From Vicugna vicugna (Eukaryota), in contig MU058423.1 of assembly GCA_013265495.1 (NCBI GenBank), positions 1,687,061-1,751,060 on the forward strand: a stretch of 64,000 nucleotides of DNA, read 5' to 3'. Each line of letters opens with the position of its first letter. Positions within the stretch are counted from its first letter, which is position 1. The notes under the pieces were generated by a model that was given only the letters and a program-made list of their open reading frames with translations, ran no database searches and was not told where the DNA came from. Of this stretch, positions 29,561-44,280 are shown one piece after another. The translations under genes were made by a program, and so were the position numbers.

Positions 29561-30082
29561 ATTTTTTTTCTATTTTATATATGGTAGTGTGCATCTGTTA
29601 ATCTCATACTCCCAATTTATCCCTCCACTTCCTTCCCCTTGGTAACCATATGTTTGTGTTCTATGTCTATGAATCTGTTTCTGTTTTGTAAATAAGTTCA
29701 TTTGTACTGATTGTTTAGATTCCACATAGAAGTGTTACCATATAATATTATCTTTCTCTATCTGGCTTACTTCACTTAGTATGATAATCTCTAGGTGCAT
29801 CCATGTTGCTGCAAATGGGATTATTTTATTCTTTTTCATGGCTAATATTCCATTGTTTATACCACGTCTTCCTTATCCATTCATTTGTTGATGGATCCTT
29901 AGGTTGCTTCCATGTCTCAACTATTGTAAATAGTGCTGCTGTGAATATTGGGGTGCATGTATCTTTTCAAATTAGAGCTCATCTTTTCAGGATACATGCC
30001 CAGGAGTGGGGTTGCTAGATCATATGGTAACTCTATTTTTAGTTTTTTAAGGAACCTCCATACTGTTTTCCACAGTGGCTGC
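29561..30082 (-). mobile_element. 5'-truncated L1 (ORF2 C-terminus + partial 3'UTR) with TSD
   Basis: Translation [31 protein letters not shown] is the L1 ORF2p C-terminus. TSD aaaattggct at 29551-29560 and 30083-30092. Confidence 0.92.
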
Positions 30083-32699
30083 AAAATTGGCTGTTTTTTA
30101 GTGATTTGTTCATATATGAAAGAAGATGGGGACATTGAATCCATGATAAATAGGAGCAAATTCTTAGAGTGACTGTTACAATGGCAAACCTTAAGCTGCT
30201 TCTAAATAAAACAAGATGGAAGGCGAGGGGAAATCCAGTTGCGTATATTGGTAGCAAGAGATTCCTGGCAGCTTTGCAAAACCAACATATGTAATATGGA
30301 ATTACTGAAACTAATTAAAACGTTGATATAATTGAATATGGCAGATATTGCCATGATTTTAGGCAGTATTGTAACAAATACACTTTCCTCTGCTGTAGGA
30401 GACGGGGATTCTCCTGACATGAATAGAGAGGAACTTTCTCCACACCTCTTCTGAATTTTTTCCTTTCCTGCATTTCTCAGTCAAATTAGACCAGAGATTC
30501 ACTTGGACGTTGCCTCTGCACACCCAAGTGGCACAATTTCCTTACCAAATTTGTCTCCAAATTGATGAAAGCTAACATATGTGCTTGATATTACATATGT
30601 AGGCCAGAAGAACTTAGAAATTCTTTTCACCTTCTCTCCCTTTGTATAGTTAAGCCCACAGAGGACAGAGGTCATTTCTCTCTTCTGAGGATACATTGTT
30701 AGGGCTTTTTAAGAAAATGACCCAGAACAGAGAATTGAAATGAATACTTGTCATTTCTTTCTTTTACCTGTTTTTTTTTTCTGGTTTTGTGTGAGGAATT
30801 GTAACATTTTTTATTTTTATTATTTAACTCAATGTGGGTTTTTCTGGATTTTCTATTATAACCTGGTATACTGAGGTATTAGATATTTAAGAGGCAGCCT
30901 CACATGCCTCTTATAAAATTTCATTTTACATTTACCTCGTTTAAGACTACAGGACAAAACAAAATACCTGGTGTATTTAGGAAGAGAAATGTGTATTTGA
31001 TGAATTCACTAATATATTACTTTTATAATAAATCATAATTACAATCATTTTAAATAAGAGTGATTATATGTCAGATTTCAAAATGTAGTAAGCAACTAAA
31101 AACCACAGACAGAAATAATTTCTCCAAGTAAGAACTATGTTTGAATCGCTTTATACCTAGATTCTGTAAACTTTTTACCTGCAAGCATTTTAACTCATTT
31201 TGAAAGAGCAATTTATTTTACTATGTAACTATGTGAATTGAGGAGATTTATTTTTAGTAGACCAAAATACCGCTCAAAGTATTATTGCTTACGTCTCACA
31301 GCTCATTTTCTCATGACTTTTCAGATTTTTGACAAATCTCACCTCTTAGCACATTACCAATTTTAATTACTGAGTGAGTTTAAATGTTTTTTGCTTGCCA
31401 ATAGTACATAATTTCCAAGAGGCCAATCAGAGAATTATACATAATTTAACAAGAAATCTTTCTAGTCCTTGGGGCTAATTCATGACCATTTAATTGATAG
31501 AATTTGTTGAAGTTGTTGGTGTGCAGCCAACTCCAAGGTATTTAATAGATGTCAAAGTACAGGCACATGAAAACAAAGTTTCTGTAAAACCACATGTAAC
31601 AGAATGATTTCAACTTTTTCCTCATCAAATACGAGTTAGTGAGGCTAACAGGTAAGCCGAGTGTCTGTACCTCTCTCATTCAGGCCCTGGTGGAGGTATT
31701 AATTACTGCTTCACAAACTTGATGATTATCAAAATTTGACTATTCTTTCCCTTTTTTCTTGCTTTATATGTCAGAACATTTATTTGGTCAAATATCTTCA
31801 ATTATGAGTCCCCATTTTCTATTATACTTCCTTTCTCTCTTTTTGTGCAATTAATTTTGATGCTTAAGTCAATGTCCATTTTTCTAAACCCTTCAACTCA
31901 TTTCTTAGCTACTAATATAAACATGATGATTACCATCTAAATATCACTTTTATTTTCTGTTTCTGTTGAATTGCAACTCCCTCCATATCTGCAGTCTGTT
32001 AGGATGCCAGGGTGTACCAGACTTAATAATCCCAAGAGCCTTGAGGCGGGTATTGTCACATGAGTTTAAAAAAGCCCAAGCCCCTGATATAAAAAGGGTG
32101 TATCAAGAAAAGGATAGCGTAATAGAACCATCTCAAGATAACCAAAGCTGCAGAAGCACTGAGCAGAAGCGAGGCACTGAGGAAATAAAAAGGTTATCAG
32201 ATCATTCATGTTACTTGTTACTTGTAATTTCTCGTAACTAGTAGTCATCAATTACTATCAGACCACTTTAATTTTCAAACTTTCATAATGAACATGAAGT
32301 GTGTTCTGATGCAAGAATGTACTCTTGCTTTTTGACTAAAGACTAGTGTTAAGAAGAAATTATATCTTTCATGAAGGATGAGCAAGTATAATCCAGGCCA
32401 AAAGGGAAGATTTTCACTAGATAATTTCCTGGCACAGTGGGCATACATGTCATTTAGTGAGTGAATGATTCTTACATAAAAAGCGCACTCAAATTCCAGG
32501 TCACCATCATCAGGTTGTTACCACTGGTTCTGAGACACCTGCTAAGACCAGGAGTACATAAGGGAAGCAGTCTTCTCTATGTATCATGATGGATAATATT
32601 CACATATTGAAACCTGAGGCTGGGTTTAAGATTTTCTAGTTTTGTCTTTATAAGTATCAGAGTTATTAAATCTCTAGAGTACATAAATCTATGTATATA

Positions 32700-32860
32700 T
32701 ATATCCATTTATTCATTCAACATATGTTTACTGAGTGGCTCCTATGTCTAGACACTGTACAAAGTAATGGGGATTTATTCATTCACTCAGCGTATAAAGT
32801 GTCTACTATGTGCCAGACACCATTCTAGGTTCTGAATGTAGCAGCAAACAAGACAGCTGT
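32700..32860 (-). mobile_element. L2 3'-tail fragments (two adjacent)
   Basis: attcattcaacatatgtttactgagtggctcctatgtctagacactg and ttcattcactcagc...ctactatgtgccagacac. Confidence 0.65.
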
Positions 32861-35689
32861 ACTGTCTTATGCTATTTTTAAAGAAACACTCCACTGTCAG
32901 AATTTCTAAATAATTTTTTGTGTGTAGTTGGGGGAAAGAAAGCAATAAACTTAAACTTTATTTCTTGGTTCTCCACAGACACTGGTTAAATGGTTATTGT
33001 CTTAATTTTTTATTTCTTAAAGTGGTGTATAACTGCTCAGAGTTCATATTTTAAAGGATTAACAGATTTGAAAGTTATCTGTAATGACAGGATAATCTAC
33101 AGACATGCCCAGATGCAGTACTTAGAACATGGTTGTCAAAGTACTCATTCTGAGGCTCTCTCCCTCCTTTTTTTCCCCTCTCTGTAACACTTACCTGAAC
33201 ATGGGATTTCTATTCAGTTCAAGGGAGTTCTCCTCTTAGATTACCTCAGTGGGATATACAGCTGGAAAAGAAACAAACCCTTGAAAATACATCAGGAAAC
33301 TTGATACATGTATTTTTCAAAAAATCAGTAGGTACTCATTTCCTTTAAGATGGTTCTAAAGATGAGGATAAATTTTCCTGTTCAAAAAAACAATCACATT
33401 GGTTTGGACTACATTTGGAGGTCATTATTAATAAGGAGGGAAAAGTTAATAATTCCAACATACTCTGAAACTTTTTCTCACTTATAAATTAAAAGTACTC
33501 GATATGTGGTTAATACATTTAGAAAGTTAAATTGCTTAAGCTTTTCAAGATAACAGTAAAAAAATATAGTTCTGAAAAGTGTAATGAATAGAATATTTTG
33601 TATTGACATAAAGTCTACAATTAAAAAAAAACAATATACAGTAAATTACTGTGTTTACTCTGTCCAACAGATACCTGAAGAGCCCCACATAAGGAACTGT
33701 AGAGCAGCACTGACCGGTAGGATGCTCTTTTTAAATTGCCTAGATCAAGAATACAGTGTTGGTTATATCGCTGTTGGGCGGTGATCTGTCTGCCAGCACA
33801 TATTTTTGTTTCAGTCGACATTAAGTAACATGCCTCTGACATATAAAGGAAACATCTCTGAAGCTGGAAGAGTCTCTTCAAATTGTGTGCAATATACAAG
33901 ATATTGACCAAGAGAGAAAGAAGAACTTTAAAAAGATTAAGGTATCATTTCAACCTTTTGACATTTTGATGAAATTTAATCATCCAAAAACTAATCTCAG
34001 TACTGCTGATAAAGAAAGCCTAAATGTTTGTTTCCAACAAGCCAGCTTATTACTGGTTTTTTTCCTTTTGGTTAATTACTGGACTGTGTTTAATCATGAT
34101 GTATATTAATGTTACCTTCTATGCTCTGGGTTGTGTGCAACTTTATTTGTGAAAGTGTGTTTTGTACCAAAGGCTCTCCTACATAAATTAGCCCTTTTAT
34201 ATGTAAATAAGTGAAGTCTAAACTGTGCCCAGATAAATGGTATTAAAGACAGACTTGCCTAAAAGAAATGTGCCTTGCTTGGTTAAACACTCTTTTATTT
34301 TTTTGATTCAAAAATGATAGATTTGCAAATTAGTCTTGTAGGTAGGTTTTAGCTGAGCTTAACTTTAATAAGTGTATTAGTACTTATATGTTTAAGTTGT
34401 CTATCTTAACTAAAGTTTTAGTATTTAGTTATACTTTTCAACAGTTCATAGATAATATACTCATTTGATTTAATTTTCATGCGATATTTGGTGTGGTGAG
34501 ACAAAGCACATTCTTAAAAGATATATACAGTATTTCATCTAATGTTTATAGAATTTCCTTAAAAAGCTGTACCTGTAAAAGTTTCTTGACTCATTTTCTA
34601 TTTTTATATTCTTTTAGAAATGGAACTTTTTTCAGTTAAAAAGAAAAGCAAAGTTTTATTTGGAAAAGAGATTTAGGAGGTCGTGAAAATGATTTCCCTT
34701 TTGAGGACATTTCACTTCTGTGCCATTATTAATGTATTTACTGTGACATTTCAGCAGAATGGTAGCTATTTGTATATTATTTAATAAGCCTTATGGAAAG
34801 TCAAACTGTGAACATTTAGTATAAAGAAGACTTTTTTCATTTCCATATTTTATTTTCAAAATACACCTGAACAAATGCATAAAACTCTAATCTCCTATTA
34901 TTCAAATACATAACAACTTTCAGTCACTATCAAAATACTGTGGTAGGAAAGCCAAGATTATAGTACTTTTTGATACGCTGTAGAAGGAAATTCAGGTGAT
35001 GAATTTCATTGTTAATATGTAAGAATCAGTAACTGAAACAGTTTTATACCTACTGGTAGCAAAGGTGATAGGAGATAGAATCCAGGTAACTTTCTTTAAG
35101 GCAACATCTACAATGGATTTTGCACACTTTGCTGGTAATTTCTCTGTGGTCAAAACTTTGAGACCAGATCACTCTAGAAAATAATGAAGTAAGAGAATTA
35201 CAGCTGTCTCAGATTTGAGCTATGTGAACCTCCAAGCTGGGTAATTTGTGATTAAAGTGAAAATATAGCCACCACTGTGTTTTTGTTCTGTGTTAGGCCA
35301 CGTAGTAGAGACACTGGCCCAGAGAACAGTCAGTCCATTTCCAGCCACCTCAATACTCCTAAGTGATGATCACAGCCTGGTCACATCAGCTATCGGGATC
35401 ACCAATCACCTGTCCTAATAGGAGGTCTTAGACATGCAGACGTTTTGTAAGTCTGCGTGTAAGTCTGTAAGTAAGGATCAGAATGTGTTACCAAAATAGA
35501 CACGGGAGCTACCTTCATCAGACACCAATGAGACAACTTTAAACGTTATGGAATGTTTAATATCATGTCTACATTATTATTACAGGCTACAGTTTCAAAT
35601 AAAGGCAAAACCTGAACCTTTGCAATAAAAGGACAGAGTGGTACCAGATGAGGAAACTGTCATGTCAAATATGGGTAGTAAAAATAGTA

Positions 35690-35830
35690 TTGTTCTAGGA
35701 GACCGGAATTCTTACCCATTTTCTGCCTGTGGGACCCTAGATAAGTCACTTCCCACCGCGAGGCTTCAGCTTCCTAGTTGCCAAATGGGTGTTCTGGGTT
35801 AAATAATCTCCAAAGCCCTTTCCAGCCCCC
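35690..35830 (+). mobile_element. MIR fragment
   Basis: tgtgggaccctagataagtcacttccc...gcttcagcttcctagttgccaaatggg. Confidence 0.55.
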
Positions 35831-38800
35831 AAATTGCCATTTTATTCATTTGAAAAGGTTTTGAAGAATACTTAAGTACTCAGATTTCCTTCTGTATTTC
35901 TGGAAGAAAAAAATAAATTGAAATAAGATTTAAGTCTTGAAAGTGTCATAAATGTACCATTCTTCAAATTGATTGTGAGAGAAGAAATTGGATTTTCTTC
36001 CATCTCTAAGAATTGTTACTGGTCTATGATGGGATCATGAAGAAGGAGAAACATCACTCTGCAGGATGGAAACAGACTAATGAAACCTGGAAAGGAAGAG
36101 AGGTTATTTTTTTAATTTAACTTGATGTAAGGTGATTTGAACTCATGTGTGAAATGCTAAAACTGTACCAGAGCTTTATCATACTCAACATTATAATCCT
36201 GGGAGTAAGAGAAGGTGGGAAAAGGTCAGAGAGATAGGAGTGTTTGCCTTATGAGCTCTTGATTCTTTCCGCATGAGCCGCAGTTTGGCAGCGTAAGCAG
36301 GTGTCTGTGCTTCCGTGCTGGCTCTGCCAGTAACTCTCCCGTGCCCTAGGGAAGTCCCTTTAACCTCTCTGAGCCTCATTTCTTTATATGTACAGTGAAG
36401 ACTTTAAATTTAGTAATCTGTCTGGTTCTTTACATCTTTGAAAATTCTACATCATTTTCAGATTGTTATAATAAACATGTCCATGTCCTGCTCCTCTACA
36501 GTCACTAAGATGCACATATCTCTACTCATGTGACTGAACAGACTGCAAATCCAAACATTCATGTCTCCAATATTGCTAATTGACCTCGGCAAGACGTAAA
36601 ACATATAAATATTTTGATGTTGACCATAGTTTAATTCTTATGATTTATCATTTCATCTTTTGATGTTATCTAAATGAAATGTCTGTTCAGGTGAACTTTC
36701 GATTTAAATTTTTTGTAGTTGAATAAACACTTGGTGAATCAGAATTAAATATATTATTGCTTACAAAGGAACTGTAGGTGATTGTAAGGTGCATTTTTGT
36801 CCCATTTAAAAGTTAATATTTGGTCCCAGAAACGATGACTATAATTTAAAATAATATTCACAAAATTTTGTAAAGTTTTGTGACTACAAAAGAGGCTGGA
36901 TGGAGCCATATTGTAATTAATTTTGCTCAGGAGTGAGAAACAAAATTCAGGGATAACCCAAACGCTTCTGTTTGGCTCTAGTGGACAGCTGGAAAAAGAA
37001 AGGTTATAGGTTTTGCACAACATAGGTAAGAAATGATTATACCTGTTGTAAAAGAAGAGTATATTCTGGTTGCTGGTTTTATTAGGATAGAAGGATGCTA
37101 AAATATGGACACTAGGGAAAATGTTAAAATGATAGCAGTCCATTTGAATAATACAGGAATATTTTGTCATACTAAGATTATTTGTCCAGAAGTATAGTCT
37201 TATATGCTTCCATTCAGAAAAGGGGGCAGTTTTTAAGGGCCTCTGTCATAATAGATAATGTATGTTTTGACTAGTGGAGCAATTCATTAAAATATTTAAT
37301 CTGACGATTTGGGTTATGTGAATCTGAATTTTCACTTTAGATGTAATCGAGTCTCTTCCGTATTAGTGTTAGTGATCTTTGTAAGAAGTAATTTTATCCG
37401 TTTTTTAAAAGTTGATGAAATTTACTAAATGGTGATTCTAGCATATTGTGTTAGTAGCATATCTTACAACAATTTGTGAACAGACCATACAGAACCAAAC
37501 CATAGTAGTATCTCTTCTGGTAAATTGTTTCCATGGTGTGATCTCATAATACTGGGTTTGGGGTGGGGAGGTTAAGTATTTAGTTTACTTAAAACTAACT
37601 GTTCAAAGTGTTTTTCCTAAATGCCATAAAATTGTATGATTATAAGCCAAATAGGAATATCCTATTAAGGACACTGTATAGACCATTTTTGGAACTACCC
37701 CATAAAATGATATAATTTCTGTTAAAAAGTTGCTTCACATACAAGGGAAAGCAGTGTATGTAGTATTTCTATGTAATATGCCAAATGTTTTTGAATCCAT
37801 TTTGGAAATCTTATACAGAGAGATGGTAATTACGCAGATATCAGAATAACAAATACAACTACAACACTTCCGTGTTTTCATAGAGTTGTGTAACATTTGT
37901 TTATTGTCTCATACTTTGCAAAGATCATTCACATACCGTATTTAATCTTTAAAATACCTATATGAAATAATAATACTATCTGAAGTTCAGAGATTAAATA
38001 ACCAGGGTTTAGAAAGATTGTGACTTGTCCAAGATCATCTGGCCACCAGATGACCTTAAAGCTCACGTTCTTTCCACTTTTCATTTTCCTATATCACTGT
38101 CATTGTCTTCAAAATTTTGACTAAAATTTAGTTCTAACTGATACGTCGGAGAAATTCAGGTGTTAGCTACAAGGCATTGTTGCTGTTATTGTCAGACCTT
38201 TTCAGATACTTCCAAAATACTGTCCTCCCACAGGGTGATAGCCAGACATCTTCCATCTAAAACATATTAAGTCCCCACAGTCTGACCACAGACACTAAAT
38301 CGGTATGATGTCAGAACGCTAGACTGAAAAATTATCTTCTTCCTGATCTCCTTTCTAATTTCCTTTTTTAAAAATCCATCATAATGCCTGGTTTCTGAAC
38401 AGTTGAAAGAAGCAATAATCAACCCAAGAAACTGCAGACATTCTAATTCAGAGAAAATATCGTTTGAGACCCACCATATTAATTGCTTTTCAGCCTGTGG
38501 TTTTTCATCCCATGTATTCTGGGACTAGGGGGGACAGGGAAGGGGGAGTGGGTAGAAAATCTATCTTTATTTTAAGAAAAGTCATTACTTCCTGTAACTG
38601 TTCAGAAAAAAAATTGTTTATCAAATATTAGATAACAGAGTTATTAACATTTAGCCATAGTTCAAATATATGGTAAAGTTTATGCGTATATTTAAAAATC
38701 CACTGAAGTAATTTCCCAAATAAAATTAAAATCTGATGACTGCTCAGTTTGAATCTGGAGAACATTCATGTGTTAATCCATGACATAGTCGTATATTTTA

Positions 38801-41800
38801 ATTATTTTTTCAAACAACAGAGAGACACTGTAACTGCTTTCCCTTGTAAATCAACAGTTTGTGATACATTCTGTACTTTTACTGACTAGCAATGCAGTGT
38901 TACTGTGAATAATTAAGTGGAACATAAGCTATAGTATATCAGAATTTAAAATTTTGTAACCTTAAATTTCATTCTCCTCATCAAACAAATATTATTTTGT
39001 ATGGAATGAAATCATAATTATTCTTAAACAATGACATAATAAATAATGGAATTCCAGATGAAGTATAAAATCAAATCATATTTTATATTTTTCTATATTT
39101 GTCTTCCTTTGACATTGAATTATATTGATTTATCATGTATTAATGTAAAGTTAAATTAAAGCTCTTATGCCATGTTCTGTGATGTTCTTGAAAATAATTT
39201 TGAGCCTTCTGTTAAGTAAATATCAGTAAATACCTGTGAGTTGAATATGTGATATTTTCATCTGATCCCTTTTATAAATTTGTCATTGAATTTAAAGTGT
39301 TTTCATTGCAAATGTTATGTGCAGAATTCAATAAAATACCCCCCAAAATCCTGTTACCCATATTAATAATTAGTTCCAAATTGTCTTTTCTTCCTTCCTT
39401 CCTTTCTTTTTTACCTCTTTTCTTGTTTTTGTTTTTTCTTGCAAATGAGGAGACATCAAAGCCAAGCTGTTGTCAACCGCTCAAATGCCAGAGCTACCTT
39501 TGGACAGCTCTGCAGGCTGCTTTGCGCTCCCTCACGTGACCATGCTTTACACTTAGCAAGTCTTTTGGATGCCAGCATTGCCTAGGTTTCTTTTATTGCT
39601 CCCAGTTGTACACTGTTTAGGGCCCAGAAAAGTCTCAAGGAAGAAAAAAAAATTACGTATGATAAATCTGTGCCTTCATATGTTCTGTCAGTTATACAGG
39701 AAAATGATGAGAAAGCAAGTGCACATCATTTCATCCAAAAATATGTATTAAGCATCAGTTGTGTGCACTGCCCTGTTCAAAGTACTATGAGAGGGTATGA
39801 AGGTAAATAGGAAAGTGACCCAGTTCTCAGAGAATGTGGCGTCTATACATCCCTGAGCCTGCAGGTTAGGGTTCTCATTATTTAGGTCCAGAAAAGTCAA
39901 GTGTTAAATAAGAACATTTTGTTTGCCGTATGTATTAGCTATAAAAGTCCACTAGTTCTTGCACCATGACAGACTATAATTTCTGCTAATCAGTCTTTAC
40001 ATACCCATTGTTCTTATTTTGTACTTGGCAGTTTTGATCCTAAATCTTTTTCCTAATAGCAGCTAGTTACTCAAATGTGTTTGTGCTTTTGGAATGTCAA
40101 CAAATGTTACATCACCAAAACAAAGGCCCTCTTGTTTCCATCTGGAATTTTACTTTGTCTTTAAAAAAAAAAAGTGCAGATTTAGGCTGCCTTATACAAG
40201 TAGTAATTAGCTATTAGAGAAAAGAACAAAACATATTTTTCTGAGTCTCCAGTTGATATAAGAAATAGCTGTTTCTAAGCTTTCTGGCCATGCAGCTTTG
40301 GTTGTAGACGCCATGAGCCATCATTTATAAGTATTTCATTTTAAGGAGCCAAATCTTAAAAGTGTTTTGCAAACATTTTACAGGGTGAATTAAGAGATGC
40401 AGGTGGTTTCCAACAGATTACAGACACCCTCTTTGAACCACGCCTCCATCCAAGAGATTCTCATGTTTCTGTTGGATTCAACAGAAACAAATCTGTACAT
40501 AATTATTGCTGCACATCTCCTGTGGGTTAGGGCTCACTCAGTCCTCAGGTCATGTTCCTGTACTCTCTTATGTGTTACAACCTTTATCAATATGGAGCCT
40601 TTCTCTCCCTTAGGTCCAATTATCATTTATTTATAAGTGCCATTAATCACTGCCCAAATGGGTTACATTATTTTGTGTTTAGAACAACCCTTCTTTGTTC
40701 ATGCTAGATAAAACCTGATAACTTGAGTCGTGGCAGAGGAGAAGCAGCTAACGAAGAACTCAAACCTCTGGTGACAATACCGCCATTTACAGTGTGAGGT
40801 CAGTGAAGTAATGGTTTTGGAAATGAAGCCTCAGAGAAGGAACAAAACAAATAACCCAGAAATCAGATTTAGAAACACATAATTGACTAGGAAATGTATA
40901 TGTGTCACCCATGTCTGGTCCAGTTGGGCGTAATAAATGCTTTTAGATGAAGATGAGAGGCACAAATGGATCCATAGGCACTATCTCATTATCCTTTACA
41001 ACATCAGTGAGAAGGAGATGCCAGGTATCACCAGTTTAATTCATACCCATTATTCCAGCCAGGAAAACAAACAGTGATTTTCACATGCCCTGCGTCTACC
41101 AGCAATCAGATACTGCATGATGGAAGTTAGTTAGAGGGCCGAATGGGAATCCGGAAGCTGAGCTAAAAAGACGATAAACATACCTAAATCTTTCATTTCC
41201 TTCCTACAGAGAAACTGGGGAACTCTGCAGAGGAAAATGCTCATGTTGTCTTTTGATTTGTGGTGATGGAGATGGAAATAATTAGGAGAGAGAGGGAAGT
41301 GGTATTCATAATGTGGATGCAAATTTTTGAGGCAGAGCGCATTTTTGCCTGACAATTTCTGGAGGCAATTTATTAAGCCGTTTGAACTTTATATGTCCTA
41401 GTCTTGAGAAAGTAATGAGTTTGTGATTTTAATATGCACTCCCTCCAGGCACTTTCCGTGCCAGCGGGACTGCTCTGCACTACCAGTCAGTCAGGCCAAG
41501 CTCTCAACACATGTAGTAGTCAAGAAGGAACCTGGCAAGCGGTCCTCTCCAGCCCTGCCATGTGTATTTTGTGGTTAGAATTAGCTCCACAGGGGACACT
41601 GCACAGGCAACCCACATTCTCAGAATTCCTGGAGTATAAATGAATGAGGCCTTACAGCTGTTCAGTGCTTTACAATATTTTAAATATGTATATATTGTTT
41701 AAAAGCAATCTGCAAAATCTGTAATCTGCAAAACAGGCAGAGAAGGTAACATCAAGTCCTTGGGACCAATTAAGAAACTGGAGACATAGTTACACAATTT

Positions 41801-42169
41801 GACTAAGAGCCTGTGGTCAGGACATTTCAGAAAGTGACGGAAATCCAAGGTTTTCTGACTCCCGATCCAAGGTTGATTTTGCAAAACCACATTCCACACC
41901 CCTCATCTGCCCTCCTATCTCAAATTCTGGCTTCCCTAAGAAGTGAGGTAACTGAGGAGGTTGTCATCAGGCTGTCTTGAAGAAGAACAGAAGAAAAGCC
42001 CTTCCGCTGTGTTTGTCTTGCTCTGATTCAAGTTGGCAAGTCTGCTCCTGCCTCCGCATGCCCTCCCCACCCAGTCCCCTTGCCTTAAAGTGAGACCCCA
42101 GGGAAATGGAAACCTAAGCTCTGCAAACTGGCTCAACCACTACTCCGTGAGTCTATTCATTTATTATTC

Positions 42170-44280
42170 AAAAATAGTTATTGCGTATTTCTTATAGGCC
42201 ATTTCTCCCTCTCACTTCAGTGGAAAAATTATCCCAATCCCCGAAGCTCTGGTCCATCTTGTTCAAACCCCTCCCAAACTTGCCTTCGTCAAACATCATC
42301 TGTCTGAGCTCTGTACTCAGTATCTCCTCACTCCAGAATCTTTGATTAGTATATAAATGTTTCCTTGACCATAAATCCGTCTTCAGCTTTATTTGTCCCC
42401 TTCAATTCAAAGCCAAACGTTACAAAACAAGTTGTCTCTACTCCTTTGCCTCTCATTTATTTGACATTCTACTATAAAGTCATCTTACTGTAATCTGGCT
42501 CTGTCTCCACCTCTCACTGAGTAGTTCCTCACTGCTGGCTTCCTTGTCATCCTTCGGTTCGCCTCTTACCCAGTCTCTGTAGAATGTGACCCTGTTGACC
42601 CCTCCCTCCTTGTTTTTTGTGACACCCTTTGCAGCTTCTCTTTGTCTCTTTCACTGACTTGCCTTCCTCTTGTCGTTTCTTAAATCCTACTGTTCCCCAA
42701 GGTTCTGATCTCAGCCTTGACCTTTTCTCAGAGTCTAAACTCTCTCCAGATAATCTCAACCAATATCTTAGTTTTAACTGCTTCCCCAAATCTTCATCTC
42801 CAGCTCAGATATATATCCTGAATCCTATTCGTACTGTACTCCAGGTGCCTGTTGTTTTCTCAGCCCATCATTTCCTCACTGTTCACATTCTATTCTTAGA
42901 GAACCTGCCAGCCCACAGCCTGGAAGGGACAGCCCTAGGGCTCCTGTGAGCCCATTCTCTGTCCACAAGTGGTCACCTAACCCAAACTGAGCCAACAAGA
43001 GTCCCTCTCCCTGGAATTTATGACCCAGACTTGGAGACAGAGGTAGAGACAAGTAGGCAGAGATCTAAGTCATATGGAGCTGAGCCAAGGTCAGCCTCTT
43101 GACAACTCTAATCCATATAATCCATGTTCCGGGGAAGCAGTAACTCAGCCTGCTAGAAAAGCTTAGAGGATGAAGCAGAAATGAAGCAGAACAATCATAC
43201 TGCTTCATGAAGGATGGAAAGAGCTACAGACAAATCTCTAGTATGTGGAAGGCCCAATTCTACCCCCAGATGTTGGGTTCTGTGAGGTTCTTCTTAACCC
43301 CCCAACAAGCCAGGATTCTGTTTGACAGCTTTATGGGGTTTCCTGACCACATGGCCAATTTATCTTTTGTATACCAAACTCCTTGCTAGAAATATCATTT
43401 TAAGTAATCTTGAGACTATCCAAGTTACTTCAAATTCAGTATGTCCAACCCAGAATGACTCATTTCCTGCCCTCAGCACCATATCCAACCCAAACTGTAT
43501 TTCTTATCTTGGAGAATGGAACCACTTCTCCTTAATGCTACCAGTTAGAAATCTGGACGTCTTCTAACCTCAGGCTTCTGCTTCTCACTCACTCTTCATG
43601 GCCAATAAATTCTTGAGGCAACTCCCTCCCCCACCTCTGAATTGTTTCTGTGTCTTGTGATTTCTTACTTATCTTGCTGCAGTAACCTCATAAATTTTCG
43701 CAGAGCTAAATTTTCTGTAGAGTAAATTTTCTGTAGAGCTAAAATGATCTATGTAAACTGCAAATATGCTAGTGACTCTCCTGGCTAAAATACTTCAGCG
43801 ACTCCTCCTTTATCCTGTTAGAATAAAGCCCAAACTTTTCAGCATGACATCCAAGGCCTTTTATAAACCATCTCCTGTCGACCTTTCTAACCTCATCCCT
43901 TATCACTCTCCAACGCTCTGCGTCAGTCACCTTGAATTATTACGAATTCCTTGTATGTCATGTGCTCTCTCATCTCCGTACCTTCACATTTACTGCTTCC
44001 CCCTCCCCCCACTCCACACATCCGCACTCTTCTCCTCAGCTGGGTGACAGCTATCTCTCAAGAGTTTCTTTTGGTGACATCTCCTCCAAGAAAACCTCAG
44101 TTAAGTATCCCTCTGATGTAACCTCAACGGCCCTCTGTCAAAGAAGTTAACAAGATGTAACTGTCTACTCTTTTGTCTCCTTTTCAAAACTGTGAGCATC
44201 TTGAGAGCCGCCCAAGTCATCGTTACAATCACGGTGCCTGGTTTATAGTGGAGGCTCAGTACACTTTTATTGGATAACTA
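42170..44280 (+). mobile_element. L2 LINE remnants interrupted by a probable ancient ERVL-type LTR (LTR16/LTR33-like, ~42850-43410)
   Basis: L2 motifs flank a segment containing ggtcacctaacccaaactgagccaacaagagtccctctccctggaattt, which is typical of old ERVL LTRs. Confidence 0.55.

Noticed and set aside
38041..38056. CTCF-like ccaccagatgacct (also ccaccagggtgctg near 55707)
   Set aside because: Mismatches at high-information core positions, and the 38041 match sits within MIR-like sequence.
43690..43745. Three ~17-bp direct repeats (aaattttctgtagag); similar short duplications at 22332-22363 and 60085-60140
   Set aside because: Local slippage duplications with no spacers, so not CRISPR-like and with no evident function.
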